Source of the DNA: Rhodanobacteraceae bacterium
GTDB lineage: Bacteria > Pseudomonadota > Gammaproteobacteria > Xanthomonadales > Rhodanobacteraceae
DNA: 64,000 nucleotides
Reading direction: 5' to 3'
Assembly (NCBI GenBank): GCA_036279455.1
Contig: DASUJD010000058.1
Coordinates: 3,548-67,547, forward strand
Shown: positions 18,583-28,054 of the stretch, piece by piece
How positions within the stretch are numbered: position 1 is the stretch's first letter
How the letters are laid out: every line of letters begins with the position of its first letter
Notes under the pieces: generated by a model
What the model saw: only the letters and a program-made list of their open reading frames with translations
The model's database searches: none
What the model was told of the DNA's origin: nothing
Translations under genes and position numbers: made by a program

Positions 18583-19470
18583 CTATTCCAGTTCGCGGTG
18601 AAAGGTGAGCACCTGATCGCGGCTGGCCCGGTAGTGCTCGGCGAGGCGTTCGGCGAGGTAAACCGAGCGGTGCCGGCCTCCGGTACAGCCAATGGCGACG
18701 GTCAGATAGCCCTTGTCTTCACTTTCGAAACGTGGCAGCCATGCGTCCAGGAATCGTTGGATGTCGGCCAGGTATTGTACTACCAAAGCCTGGCTGTCCA
18801 GGAATTCGCAAACAGGCGCATCCTGTCCGGAGAAAGGGCGCAAGCGCGGATCCCAATGGGGGTTGGGAAGACAGCGCGCATCGAACACGAAATCGCAATC
18901 AGGCGGCAACCCGCGGCCGTAGGCGAACGACTCGAACAACAGGGTCAGCCCGCCCCCGGCGCCGCCGTAATCGGTGGCGATGCGGCGGCGCAACTGGTGC
19001 ACGTTGGTGTCGCTGGTGTCGATCGAACGGTTGGCGATGGCCAGCAACGGATGCAGGCGGCGGCGTTCCTCCGCAAGCGCATCGATCAGGGAGCGGCCGT
19101 CGTCGGACAAGGGATGGCGGCGACGGGTGTAGGCGTAGCGTTTCAGCAGCACCGAGTCGCTGGATTCCAGAAACACCAACTCGGCGTCGGCGCCCGCTTC
19201 CGCGAGCCTGGAAAGCGCTTCCGGCATGCGATCGAGATCGCCCTGGCTGCGCACGTCCACGCCCACGGCGATGCCGGAAAGCGTGCCGCGGTCGCCGTCG
19301 GTCAGGGCGCGATAGAGCGACGGCAACAGCCCGGTCGGCAGGTTGTCCACGCAATAGAAGCCGAGATCCTCGAACGCACGCAGCGCGACGGTTTTGCCGG
19401 CTCCGGAGAGGCCGGTCAGTACCACCATGCGGGTGGCCAGGGGGTGCGAATCGGAATACGTGTCTGACAT
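18583..19470 (-). CDS. rapZ: RNase adapter protein RapZ (YhbJ)
   Basis: 295 aa. Walker A GLSGAGKT, C-terminal ...IGCTGGRHRSV.... Confidence 0.9.
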   Translation of the reverse strand: MSDTYSDSHPLATRMVVLTGLSGAGKTVALRAFEDLGFYCVDNLPTGLLPSLYRALTDGDRGTLSGIAVGVDVRSQGDLDRMPEALSRLAEAGADAELVFLESSDSVLLKRYAYTRRRHPLSDDGRSLIDALAEERRRLHPLLAIANRSIDTSDTNVHQLRRRIATDYGGAGGGLTLLFESFAYGRGLPPDCDFVFDARCLPNPHWDPRLRPFSGQDAPVCEFLDSQALVVQYLADIQRFLDAWLPRFESEDKGYLTVAIGCTGGRHRSVYLAERLAEHYRASRDQVLTFHRELE

Positions 19471-19474
19471 GCCG

Positions 19475-20419
19475 TCAACCGGGTTGGCGTTGCATGCGCG
19501 CGGCCTGCCGGTCCATGAAGATGCGGGCTTGATCGATACCCTGCGATTTCAACATGTGGCTGCGTACCGCGGCTTCGACCAGCACCGCGAGGTTGCGGCC
19601 GGGCGCGACCGGAATCGTGATCTGCGGAATCTTCACGTCCAGCACTTCGTGCACGCCAATATCGCCGGTAAGCCGCACCATCGCGTCCTCTGGCTCGTTG
19701 CCTGCAGGCTGCAGGCGTACGATCAGGCGCAAGTATTTCGATCGCTTGACCGCGGTGTGGCCGAACATCTCGCGCACGTTGAGCACCCCGAGCCCGCGCA
19801 CTTCCAGCAGGTCTCGCAGGATAGCCGGGCAGGCGCCGTCCAGCACGTCGGGGGCGATCAGCGTGAACTCGGGCGCGTCGTCGGCCACGAGCCGGTGTCC
19901 GCGCGTGATCAGTTCCAGGGCCAGCTCGCTCTTGCCGCTGCCGGGCGAACCGGTGATCATCACCCCGATCGAATGCACTTCCATGAATACGCCATGCAGG
20001 GTGATCTGCGGCGCCAGCGCCCGCGCCAGCTTGTATTGCAGGAAGGTCAGGATGTCGTGGCCGCGACGCGCACTGACCCACAACGGCGTTCCGGTTTCCT
20101 CGGCGGCGTCGCGTAGATCGACGGGTACGGCCTGATCCTTGGTAACGATCAACGCGACCGGCTCCTGTGCAAAAATTTTCTGCACGGTTTCCCAGCGCTG
20201 CCGTGAGTCAAGGCCGTCGAGATAGCCGAGCTCCTCGCCCCCGACGATTTGCAACTTGTTGGGGTAGATGATGTTGAGGTAGCCGATTTCCGAAGGACGC
20301 CGCTGCCCGGCACCGCCGGATTGCAGCGCACGCCCGGCGCCGGCCTTGCCCGCGACCCAGCGCAGGGCCATGCGTTCGCGGATGTCGTCGAAAAGGTCGC
20401 GTGCGCTGAGTCGGTTCAC
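19475..20419 (-). CDS. hprK: HPr(Ser) kinase/phosphorylase
   Basis: 314 aa, GTG start. P-loop [15 protein letters not shown]. Confidence 0.9.
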   Translation of the reverse strand: MNRLSARDLFDDIRERMALRWVAGKAGAGRALQSGGAGQRRPSEIGYLNIIYPNKLQIVGGEELGYLDGLDSRQRWETVQKIFAQEPVALIVTKDQAVPVDLRDAAEETGTPLWVSARRGHDILTFLQYKLARALAPQITLHGVFMEVHSIGVMITGSPGSGKSELALELITRGHRLVADDAPEFTLIAPDVLDGACPAILRDLLEVRGLGVLNVREMFGHTAVKRSKYLRLIVRLQPAGNEPEDAMVRLTGDIGVHEVLDVKIPQITIPVAPGRNLAVLVEAAVRSHMLKSQGIDQARIFMDRQAARMQRQPG

Positions 20420-20726
20420 TTTTCATCCCCTGTCCATCGAGGCGATGGACGAGGAGCATTGTGCCAGCACGCAGGTGTTTTTGTGCGAACGTGATAACGG
20501 CATCACGCGAGTGCCTGCATCGCGCGGGCGAGCAAGGCATTTGACACGGATCAACGCGGCCTGTGCGGATTCTTTGCGTATCCGTGCAAACCCGTGTCCG
20601 TGGCTTTTGCATTCCGCGACGCCTCTCCGCAAGCGCCATCGCGTTGCGCAAAAAGCCAGCAGGTCGTACAAGCCGCGTAAGTGCCTGATCGGCGTTCGCG
20701 CGCAAGCGTTCGCGCCTTGATCCGCC

Positions 20727-21047
20727 TCACGCCAGGTTGCGGATGTCTTCCCTGCCGTGCGCGCGGCGCTTGTCCTTGTGCCGACGCACCTGGGCGTCGA
20801 GCTTGTCGAACAGCGCGTCGATCGCGGCGTACATGTCGCTGTCGACCGCGTCGGCGTGCAATACCTTGCCGGTGGCGGCCAGCGTACCCTCGGCGCGGTT
20901 GGCCAAGCGGTTCTTTTCCACCTCAAGCACCACGTTCAGCGAAGTCAGGTGATCGAAACGTCGCGCGAGTCGTTCGTGGCGGGCGTCAACATAATCGCGC
21001 AGGGCCGGAGTGATTTCGATCTGGTGCCCGCTGAGCTGGATTTGCAT
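20727..21047 (-). CDS. hpf: Ribosome hibernation promoting factor (short HPF/YhbH type)
   Basis: Start at MQIQLSGHQIEITPALRDYV, 106 aa. Canonical position downstream of rpoN. Confidence 0.9.
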   Translation of the reverse strand: MQIQLSGHQIEITPALRDYVDARHERLARRFDHLTSLNVVLEVEKNRLANRAEGTLAATGKVLHADAVDSDMYAAIDALFDKLDAQVRRHKDKRRAHGREDIRNLA

Positions 21048-21214
21048 GATTGGCTCCTGTGCATCAGGTGGTGGTGAAGACCGGGCCGATCCCCGGACCC
21101 GGCGTTTTGCAACGCCGGCTTTGAAGATTCCTGATCCGCACTCCTTGTGATCGTGGGTTATCGGGAAAGTTGCATGGCGCGCGCCGTCGTCCGCGCGTCT
21201 TTGTGGTTCATGTT

Positions 21215-22636
21215 TCATTGCGCCCGCAAGCGTTCACCCGAACTGGGGATACGCATCTGCTCGCGGTATTTGGCGACGGTTCGCCGCGCGACCCGGATGC
21301 CGCGACGGTTCAGCTCCGCGGTAAGGGTCTGGTCGGACAATGGCTTGCGCGGATCTTCCTCGTCCACCAGTTTGCGGATCATCGCCTGGATTGCCGTTGC
21401 CGATGCGCTGCCTCCATCCTCCGTGGCGATGCTCGAGGAAAAAAAGTGCTTGAACTCGAAGGTGCCGCGCGGCGTGTGCAGGTACTTGCGGGTGGTGACG
21501 CGAGAAATGGTGGATTCGTGCATGCCGAGTTCCTCGGCCAGTTCGCGCATCACCAGCGGTTTCATCGCTTCGGGGCCGAAGTCGAGAAATGCGCTTTGGG
21601 TACGCACGATTGCGCTTGCGACCTTGAACAGGGTGTCGGCGCGCGCCTCCAGGCTTTTCATCAGCCAGCGCGCCTCCTGCAGCTGTCCACGCAGCCAGCT
21701 GGCGTCGCTGCGTTGCGCCCGCGAAATCAGGCTGCAATAGTGTTGGTTGATGGAGAACCGCGGCTGGCAATCGGGCGACAACGACACCCGCCAGCGTCCG
21801 GCCGCCTTGATCGCGTAGGCGTCGGGAGCCACGTACTCGGCCGGCGCGGGGTCGAATGCCGAACCGGGCCGCGGGTCGAGTGCACGTATCAGGGCGGCGG
21901 CGAGGGTGACTTCGTCCTCGCTTGCGCCCAGTTTCCTTGCGAGCTTTCCGAAATCCCGTCTGGCCAGCAGGTCGAGTTCGCTTGCCACGATGCGTCGCGC
22001 GAGTTCGCGGCCTTGCGTGTCGGGGTCGAGTTGCTCCAGTTGCGCCGCAAGGCAGTCGCCCAGGTCCAGGCTTGCGACGCCGGTCGGATCGAAATGTCTT
22101 ATCCGCAGCCGCACGGTCTCGGCTTCTTCCTTGTCGGCGGGAGGGTCCAGCACGCGCAGCGCCGCCAATACCGGTTCGAGACCGTCGCGCAAGTAGCCGT
22201 CGTCGTCGAGCGCGTCGATGATCGCCGTCGCGATCGCGTGTTCCCGCGCGGAAAATCCATTCAGGTTGGCCTGCCACTGCAGGTGCTCGCGCAGCCCTTC
22301 GGGCGCGGCGTCCTGGTGTTCGAGCGTGTCGTCATCGAAGCCACGACTGGCTTGCGCCCACTCAGCCACCTGGGGTGAATGTTCGTCCCAGTATTCACTA
22401 TCTTCGCTCGCATCCGCCGACTCGTTGTTCGATGCGTCGGCCACCTCGTCCGTGGAACCGGAAACTTCTTCGTCGGTCTCCGCGCCATCGAGGTCGATCA
22501 GCGGGTTGGCTTCCGCAAGTTCGCGCAGCTCGGTCTGCAATTCGATCTGTGACAATTGCAGCAGCCTGATCGCCTGCTGCAACTGCGGCGTCAGGGACAA
22601 TTGCTGGGATTGGCGAAGCTGGATGCCGGGTTTCAT
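21215..22636 (-). CDS. rpoN: RNA polymerase sigma-54 factor
   Basis: 473 aa. N-terminal MKPGIQLRQSQQLSLTPQLQQAIRLLQLS and C-terminal RpoN box ARRTVAKYR. Confidence 0.95.
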   Translation of the reverse strand: MKPGIQLRQSQQLSLTPQLQQAIRLLQLSQIELQTELRELAEANPLIDLDGAETDEEVSGSTDEVADASNNESADASEDSEYWDEHSPQVAEWAQASRGFDDDTLEHQDAAPEGLREHLQWQANLNGFSAREHAIATAIIDALDDDGYLRDGLEPVLAALRVLDPPADKEEAETVRLRIRHFDPTGVASLDLGDCLAAQLEQLDPDTQGRELARRIVASELDLLARRDFGKLARKLGASEDEVTLAAALIRALDPRPGSAFDPAPAEYVAPDAYAIKAAGRWRVSLSPDCQPRFSINQHYCSLISRAQRSDASWLRGQLQEARWLMKSLEARADTLFKVASAIVRTQSAFLDFGPEAMKPLVMRELAEELGMHESTISRVTTRKYLHTPRGTFEFKHFFSSSIATEDGGSASATAIQAMIRKLVDEEDPRKPLSDQTLTAELNRRGIRVARRTVAKYREQMRIPSSGERLRAQ

Positions 22637-22717
22637 GACGACTTCAGTGCAGGGTCCGGCGCATCGTATACCACTGCAGGGCGCATGGATAGTGCATAGG
22701 CACGATTTTTGCTTGAA

Positions 22718-23437
22718 CTACATCCGGAATTCGTGACCCAGGTACACTTCGCGTACTTCACGGTGCGCGAGGATCTCGGCCGGCGTGCCTCGGGCGAGTA
22801 CCTTGCCCTCGTTGAGAATGTAGGCGTGCTCGCAGATGCCCAGCGCCTCGCGCACGTTGTGGTCGGTAATCAACACGCCGATGCCGCGGTCGCGCAGATG
22901 CCGCACGATGCGCTGGATTTCACCTACCGAAATCGGGTCGACGCCCGCGAACGGCTCATCCAGCAGCATGAAACGCGGATTGGCTGCCAGCGCGCGCGCG
23001 ATCTCCACGCGACGGCGTTCGCCGCCCGAAAGGCTGATGCCTTTCTGGTCGGCAATGTGGCTGATCTTGAGTTCGTCCAGCAATGCTTCCAGTTCGCCGC
23101 GGCGTTGGCCGGTCGCAAGATCGGTACGCAATTCCAGCACCGCCAGCACGTTGTCCGCGACAGAAAGGCGGCGGAACACGGAAGCTTCCTGCGGCAGATA
23201 GCCGATGCCCTTGCGGGCACGCAGGTGCATCGGCAATCCGGTGATGTCCTCGCCGTCCAGCGTGATGCGGCCGCCATCGGGCTCGATCAGCCCGACCACC
23301 ATGTAGAAGCAGGTGGTTTTGCCGGCGCCGTTGGGACCAAGCAAACCGACCACTTCGCCCTGGCGGATTTCGAATCCGCAATCCTGCACCACCTGGCGCG
23401 TGCGGAAACTTTTCTGCAGCCCCTGCGCGGTCAGCAT
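22718..23437 (-). CDS. lptB: LPS export ABC transporter ATP-binding protein LptB
   Basis: 239 aa. Walker [10 protein letters not shown], signature [15 protein letters not shown]. Confidence 0.95.
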   Translation of the reverse strand: MLTAQGLQKSFRTRQVVQDCGFEIRQGEVVGLLGPNGAGKTTCFYMVVGLIEPDGGRITLDGEDITGLPMHLRARKGIGYLPQEASVFRRLSVADNVLAVLELRTDLATGQRRGELEALLDELKISHIADQKGISLSGGERRRVEIARALAANPRFMLLDEPFAGVDPISVGEIQRIVRHLRDRGIGVLITDHNVREALGICEHAYILNEGKVLARGTPAEILAHREVREVYLGHEFRM

Positions 23438-23440
23438 GGA

Positions 23441-24070
23441 TCAATGGATTCCCGTGGTGGCAGGCGCCGCAGCGCCCGTCGAGGCCGACGGCACCGGCGG
23501 CGCAACCGTCGTGCCGGGAGATGCCGGCGCGCCGGTTGACGCGTTCTTCGCGGCCGGCGACTTGGGCTGGAACGTCATGTGTACTTGTCCGCCCGCACCA
23601 CCTTCACCGACGATTTGGCCGCTGTCCGTGTGGTAAGTGAGTTTCGCCCCGTGGAACTCGCCTCGACCTTGCTGCACGACCATGGCACTTCCGGTCAGAA
23701 TCACGGTGTTTTCGGCAACCATGTATTCGATCGTGTCGGCCGAACCATGCACCATGCTGCCGTTGTCCAGTTGTTGCTGGAACCTGGCAGGCGAGCCGGT
23801 CACGATGGCGTGATCCCACTCGTTTTCATTGTTCTCGTAACCGATGGCTTTGGCGCCTTCGATCAGCAAGGTGCCCTGGCTGATCTTCACGTGGCCGATC
23901 AGGATCACTTTGCCATTGCTGCCCATTGTCGCTTGCTGATGGTCGGCGGCAACCTGGATCAGTTGCGAACGATCCGACTTTTTCGCGCTGGCACTGCTGC
24001 ATGCCGCGAGGGCAACGGCAACCAGCAGCGCGCATTCAATCGTTTTTCCGGTTCGGCGTGAATGTGCCAT
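23441..24070 (-). CDS. lptA: LPS transport periplasmic protein LptA with Ala/Pro-rich C-terminal tail
   Basis: OstA-like beta-jellyroll region ...GHVKISQGTLLIEGAKA.... Position between lptC and lptB. Start is ATG 24070 or 24076. Confidence 0.8.
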   Translation of the reverse strand: MAHSRRTGKTIECALLVAVALAACSSASAKKSDRSQLIQVAADHQQATMGSNGKVILIGHVKISQGTLLIEGAKAIGYENNENEWDHAIVTGSPARFQQQLDNGSMVHGSADTIEYMVAENTVILTGSAMVVQQGRGEFHGAKLTYHTDSGQIVGEGGAGGQVHMTFQPKSPAAKNASTGAPASPGTTVAPPVPSASTGAAAPATTGIH

Positions 24071-24644
24071 GGACATTGGAGAGCAACTCCAGGGTTCGGG
24101 TGTTGAAATCGGCCTTCATGCCGACGCCGCGCAGTATAGAGCCGGGTTCCTGGATGACGCTCGGTGCGGCTGTCGCCATGCGCTTGTCCTGGGTCCACAC
24201 GGTCGCATCGGCGGTATGGATCTCGGCTGCGGCAATGTTCGCGGCGGGCGGCCTGCGCAAGTCGATCTTGCCGATCAATTTGACCAGGTTGTTGTCCGAA
24301 CTTATCCATGCGTATTGCGAAGTTCCGTACCAGTCGGAGCCGTCGCTGGCGACGAAAAAGTATTTCGGCGCGTTGACGTACAGCGCATCGCTGCCTTCGC
24401 GGCGTGCGAGGTGGGGTGCAGTCATCGTGAAGGCCAGCTTGCCATCCTGCCCGAATGCGTGCAGGGTGAAGTGGTCGAGCTCGTAACTCGCGCGCGGCGG
24501 GCCGACCATCGCGACCGGCTTGGGCGGCGGCTTCAGCCACCACACCAGCAATTGGGTGATTGCGGCGGCGATGGCCAGCACGACCAGCCAGACGAGGGTG
24601 CGACGATCCCTCACGTCGCCCGTGCCGCAAGGATCAGGTCGCAC
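24036..24644 (-). CDS. lptC: LPS export system protein LptC
   Basis: ~200 aa with a single N-terminal TM segment. Conserved position between kdsC and lptA. Exact start uncertain. Confidence 0.75.
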   Translation of the reverse strand: MRPDPCGTGDVRDRRTLVWLVVLAIAAAITQLLVWWLKPPPKPVAMVGPPRASYELDHFTLHAFGQDGKLAFTMTAPHLARREGSDALYVNAPKYFFVASDGSDWYGTSQYAWISSDNNLVKLIGKIDLRRPPAANIAAAEIHTADATVWTQDKRMATAAPSVIQEPGSILRGVGMKADFNTRTLELLSNVHGTFTPNRKND

Positions 24645-25126
24645 ACGTCGCGTGCGGCGCCGCGGCCGCCGTCGGCACGGGTTTGCCAGTGCGCGGCGCG
24701 CAGTATCTCGGGGCGCGCATCGGCGACCGCAACGCTCAGGCCGCAGATGGACATCGGTCCCAGGTCGGGTTCATCGTCGCCGACGTAGCAAGCCTGTTCG
24801 GCGCTCAACCCGGATCCGTGCAACACGTCCCGAAGGCAACCCAGCTTGTCGGTCTTGCCTTGATAGACATGGTCGATGCCGAGTTGTTCGGCGCGCAGTT
24901 CCACTGCGTGGCTGATGCGCGAGCTGATGAGGGCGACTTCGATGCCGTGCTTGCGCAGGCGCTTGATGCCGAGCCCGTCGTGCACGTGGAACGCCTTGAT
25001 CTCGCGGCCGTCTTCGGCGAACCACAGGCGTCCGTCGGTGAGCGTGCCGTCCACGTCGAACGCGACCAGCCGGATTCTGGCGGCGCGGGCGAGGATGTCG
25101 GCGGGGATGTTGGTTGGCTCGGGCAC
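24611..25126 (-). CDS. kdsC: 3-deoxy-D-manno-octulosonate 8-phosphate phosphatase KdsC
   Basis: HAD motif ...IRLVAFDVDGTLTDG... and ...YVGDDEPDL.... GTG 25126 is preferred over ATG 25297, whose extension only translates a REP-like spacer. Confidence 0.8.
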   Translation of the reverse strand: MPEPTNIPADILARAARIRLVAFDVDGTLTDGRLWFAEDGREIKAFHVHDGLGIKRLRKHGIEVALISSRISHAVELRAEQLGIDHVYQGKTDKLGCLRDVLHGSGLSAEQACYVGDDEPDLGPMSICGLSVAVADARPEILRAAHWQTRADGGRGAARDVCDLILAARAT

Positions 25127-25160
25127 GGTACGCTGGCCGACTTGAAAGCAATCGCGGATT

Positions 25161-25266
25161 GTAGAAGGGGCGAGGGATGCGTAGCGAGGGCGCGCGGATC
25201 GACTTCTCGCGGCGGCGGCGTCCGGTATTCGCCCGGACTCGTTGCTGCTCGCCCCTCGACCCTCGC
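25161..25266. repeat. GTAG-headed REP-like element in the kdsD-kdsC spacer
   Basis: GTAGAAGGGGCGAGGG (25161) and GTAGCGAGGGCG (25181), with an inverted C-rich partner CTCGCCCCTCGACCCTCGC (25248-25266). Abuts the kdsD stop. Confidence 0.5.
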
Positions 25267-25268
25267 TT

Positions 25269-26285
25269 TCAGACCACCCGCGCGCGCAACAGGTCATGAA
25301 TGTTCAACGCACCGACCACGCGCTGTGCATCGTCCACCACCAGCAGCGCGTGGATCTTGTAGGTTTCCATCAACTGCGCAGCTTCGGCGGCCAGCTTGTC
25401 CGGGCCGATGACCTTGGGGTGGCGACTCATGGCGCCGCCGACCGGGGTGGTACGCAGATCGACGCCGTGATCGTCGAGACTGCGGCGCAGGTCGCCGTCG
25501 GTGAATACGCCGAGCAGCCCCTGCGCGCTGTCCACGATCGCCGTCATTCCGAGGCCCTTGCGCGACATTTCCATCAGCGCTTCGGTCAGTGTGGCATCCG
25601 CCCGAACCATGGGCACGGCGTCGCCGGTATGCATCACGTCGGAAATCTTCAACAGCCGTCGACCCAGCGCGCCGGCGGGGTGCGAGCGCGCGAAGTCGTC
25701 GGCAGTGAATCCGCGAGCCTCCAGCAGAGCGATCGCCAGTGCATCGCCCAGCACCAGTGCCGCGGTGGTGCTGGCGGTGGGCGCGAGACCGAGCGGGCAG
25801 GCCTCGTTGGAGACGCTGGCGTCCAGATGCGCGTTGGCATCGCGCGCCAGTGACGAATCAGGATTGCCGGTCATCACGATCAGGGCGTTGCCTTGCCGTT
25901 TCAGGAACGGCACGATGGTGAGGATTTCCTCGGTTTCGCCGGAATTGGAAATCAGCAGCACCACGTCGTGCGGCGTGATCATGCCGATGTCACCGTGGCT
26001 GGCCTCGCCGGGGTGCACGAAGAATGCGGGTGTGCCGGTGGAAGCGAGGGTCGCGGCAATCTTGCGGGCGATGTGCCCGGACTTGCCCATGCCGGATACC
26101 ACCACCCGGCCGTCGCAGGCCAGGATCAGGCGGCAGGCCTGGCTGAAATCCCCGTCGATGCGCGCTTCGATGTCCGCGATGGCGCCGGACTCGATGCGGA
26201 TGACCTTGCGTGCGCTTGCCACCAGCGTGGCGCGCTCTTCAGCGTGCGGAACTCCGGGCGGGGGTACTGCAGTGCGCGCGTTCAT
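25269..26285 (-). CDS. kdsD: Arabinose-5-phosphate isomerase KdsD
   Basis: 338 aa. SIS domain ...GMGKSGHIARKIAATLASTGTPAFFVHP... plus tandem CBS domains. Confidence 0.95.
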   Translation of the reverse strand: MNARTAVPPPGVPHAEERATLVASARKVIRIESGAIADIEARIDGDFSQACRLILACDGRVVVSGMGKSGHIARKIAATLASTGTPAFFVHPGEASHGDIGMITPHDVVLLISNSGETEEILTIVPFLKRQGNALIVMTGNPDSSLARDANAHLDASVSNEACPLGLAPTASTTAALVLGDALAIALLEARGFTADDFARSHPAGALGRRLLKISDVMHTGDAVPMVRADATLTEALMEMSRKGLGMTAIVDSAQGLLGVFTDGDLRRSLDDHGVDLRTTPVGGAMSRHPKVIGPDKLAAEAAQLMETYKIHALLVVDDAQRVVGALNIHDLLRARVV

Positions 26286-26524
26286 GCGGGTGTGCTCCTG
26301 TCAGGGCCTGTCGATGTCACGTTGGGCAAACCGCATTGCTTTCGAAGTGGCTGCCGGGCAGACGCGCAGCTCGGCGCCGGGGTGGCTGCATGGCCGAAGC
26401 GTTCAGCCATCACGCAATTTCCAGTAACATCGCCGATTGCCATTGTACAGGCGGAGAACCGGCCTTCCGCGCATTTACCGGCGTGAGGCGGGTCACGCAC
26501 CGGCCATCGGTTCGAGTACGGTTC

Positions 26525-28020
<1,496 letters not shown>

Positions 28021-28054
28021 CACGCGCTCGCCGCGGGGTGGGATTCCGCGCCGG

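Noticed and set aside
20451-20470. TGGCAC on the minus strand upstream of hprK, considered as a sigma-54 promoter
   Set aside because: Consensus places GC about 10 nt after GG (TGGCAC-N5-TTGC). Here TGGCAC is followed by AATGCTCCT, so the GC is 4 nt too close and there is no TTGC.
20208-20926. Minus-strand ORFs (165 and 167 aa) crossing the hpf-hprK gap, considered as ptsN candidates
   Set aside because: Neither translation resembles EIIA-Ntr. Both overlap hpf or hprK in alternative frames and look like GC artefacts.
24611-25297. 228-aa form of kdsC overlapping the kdsD 3' end
   Set aside because: The extension covers the REP-like spacer and overlaps kdsD by 29 nt. The shorter GTG-initiated form matches the KdsC length I recall.
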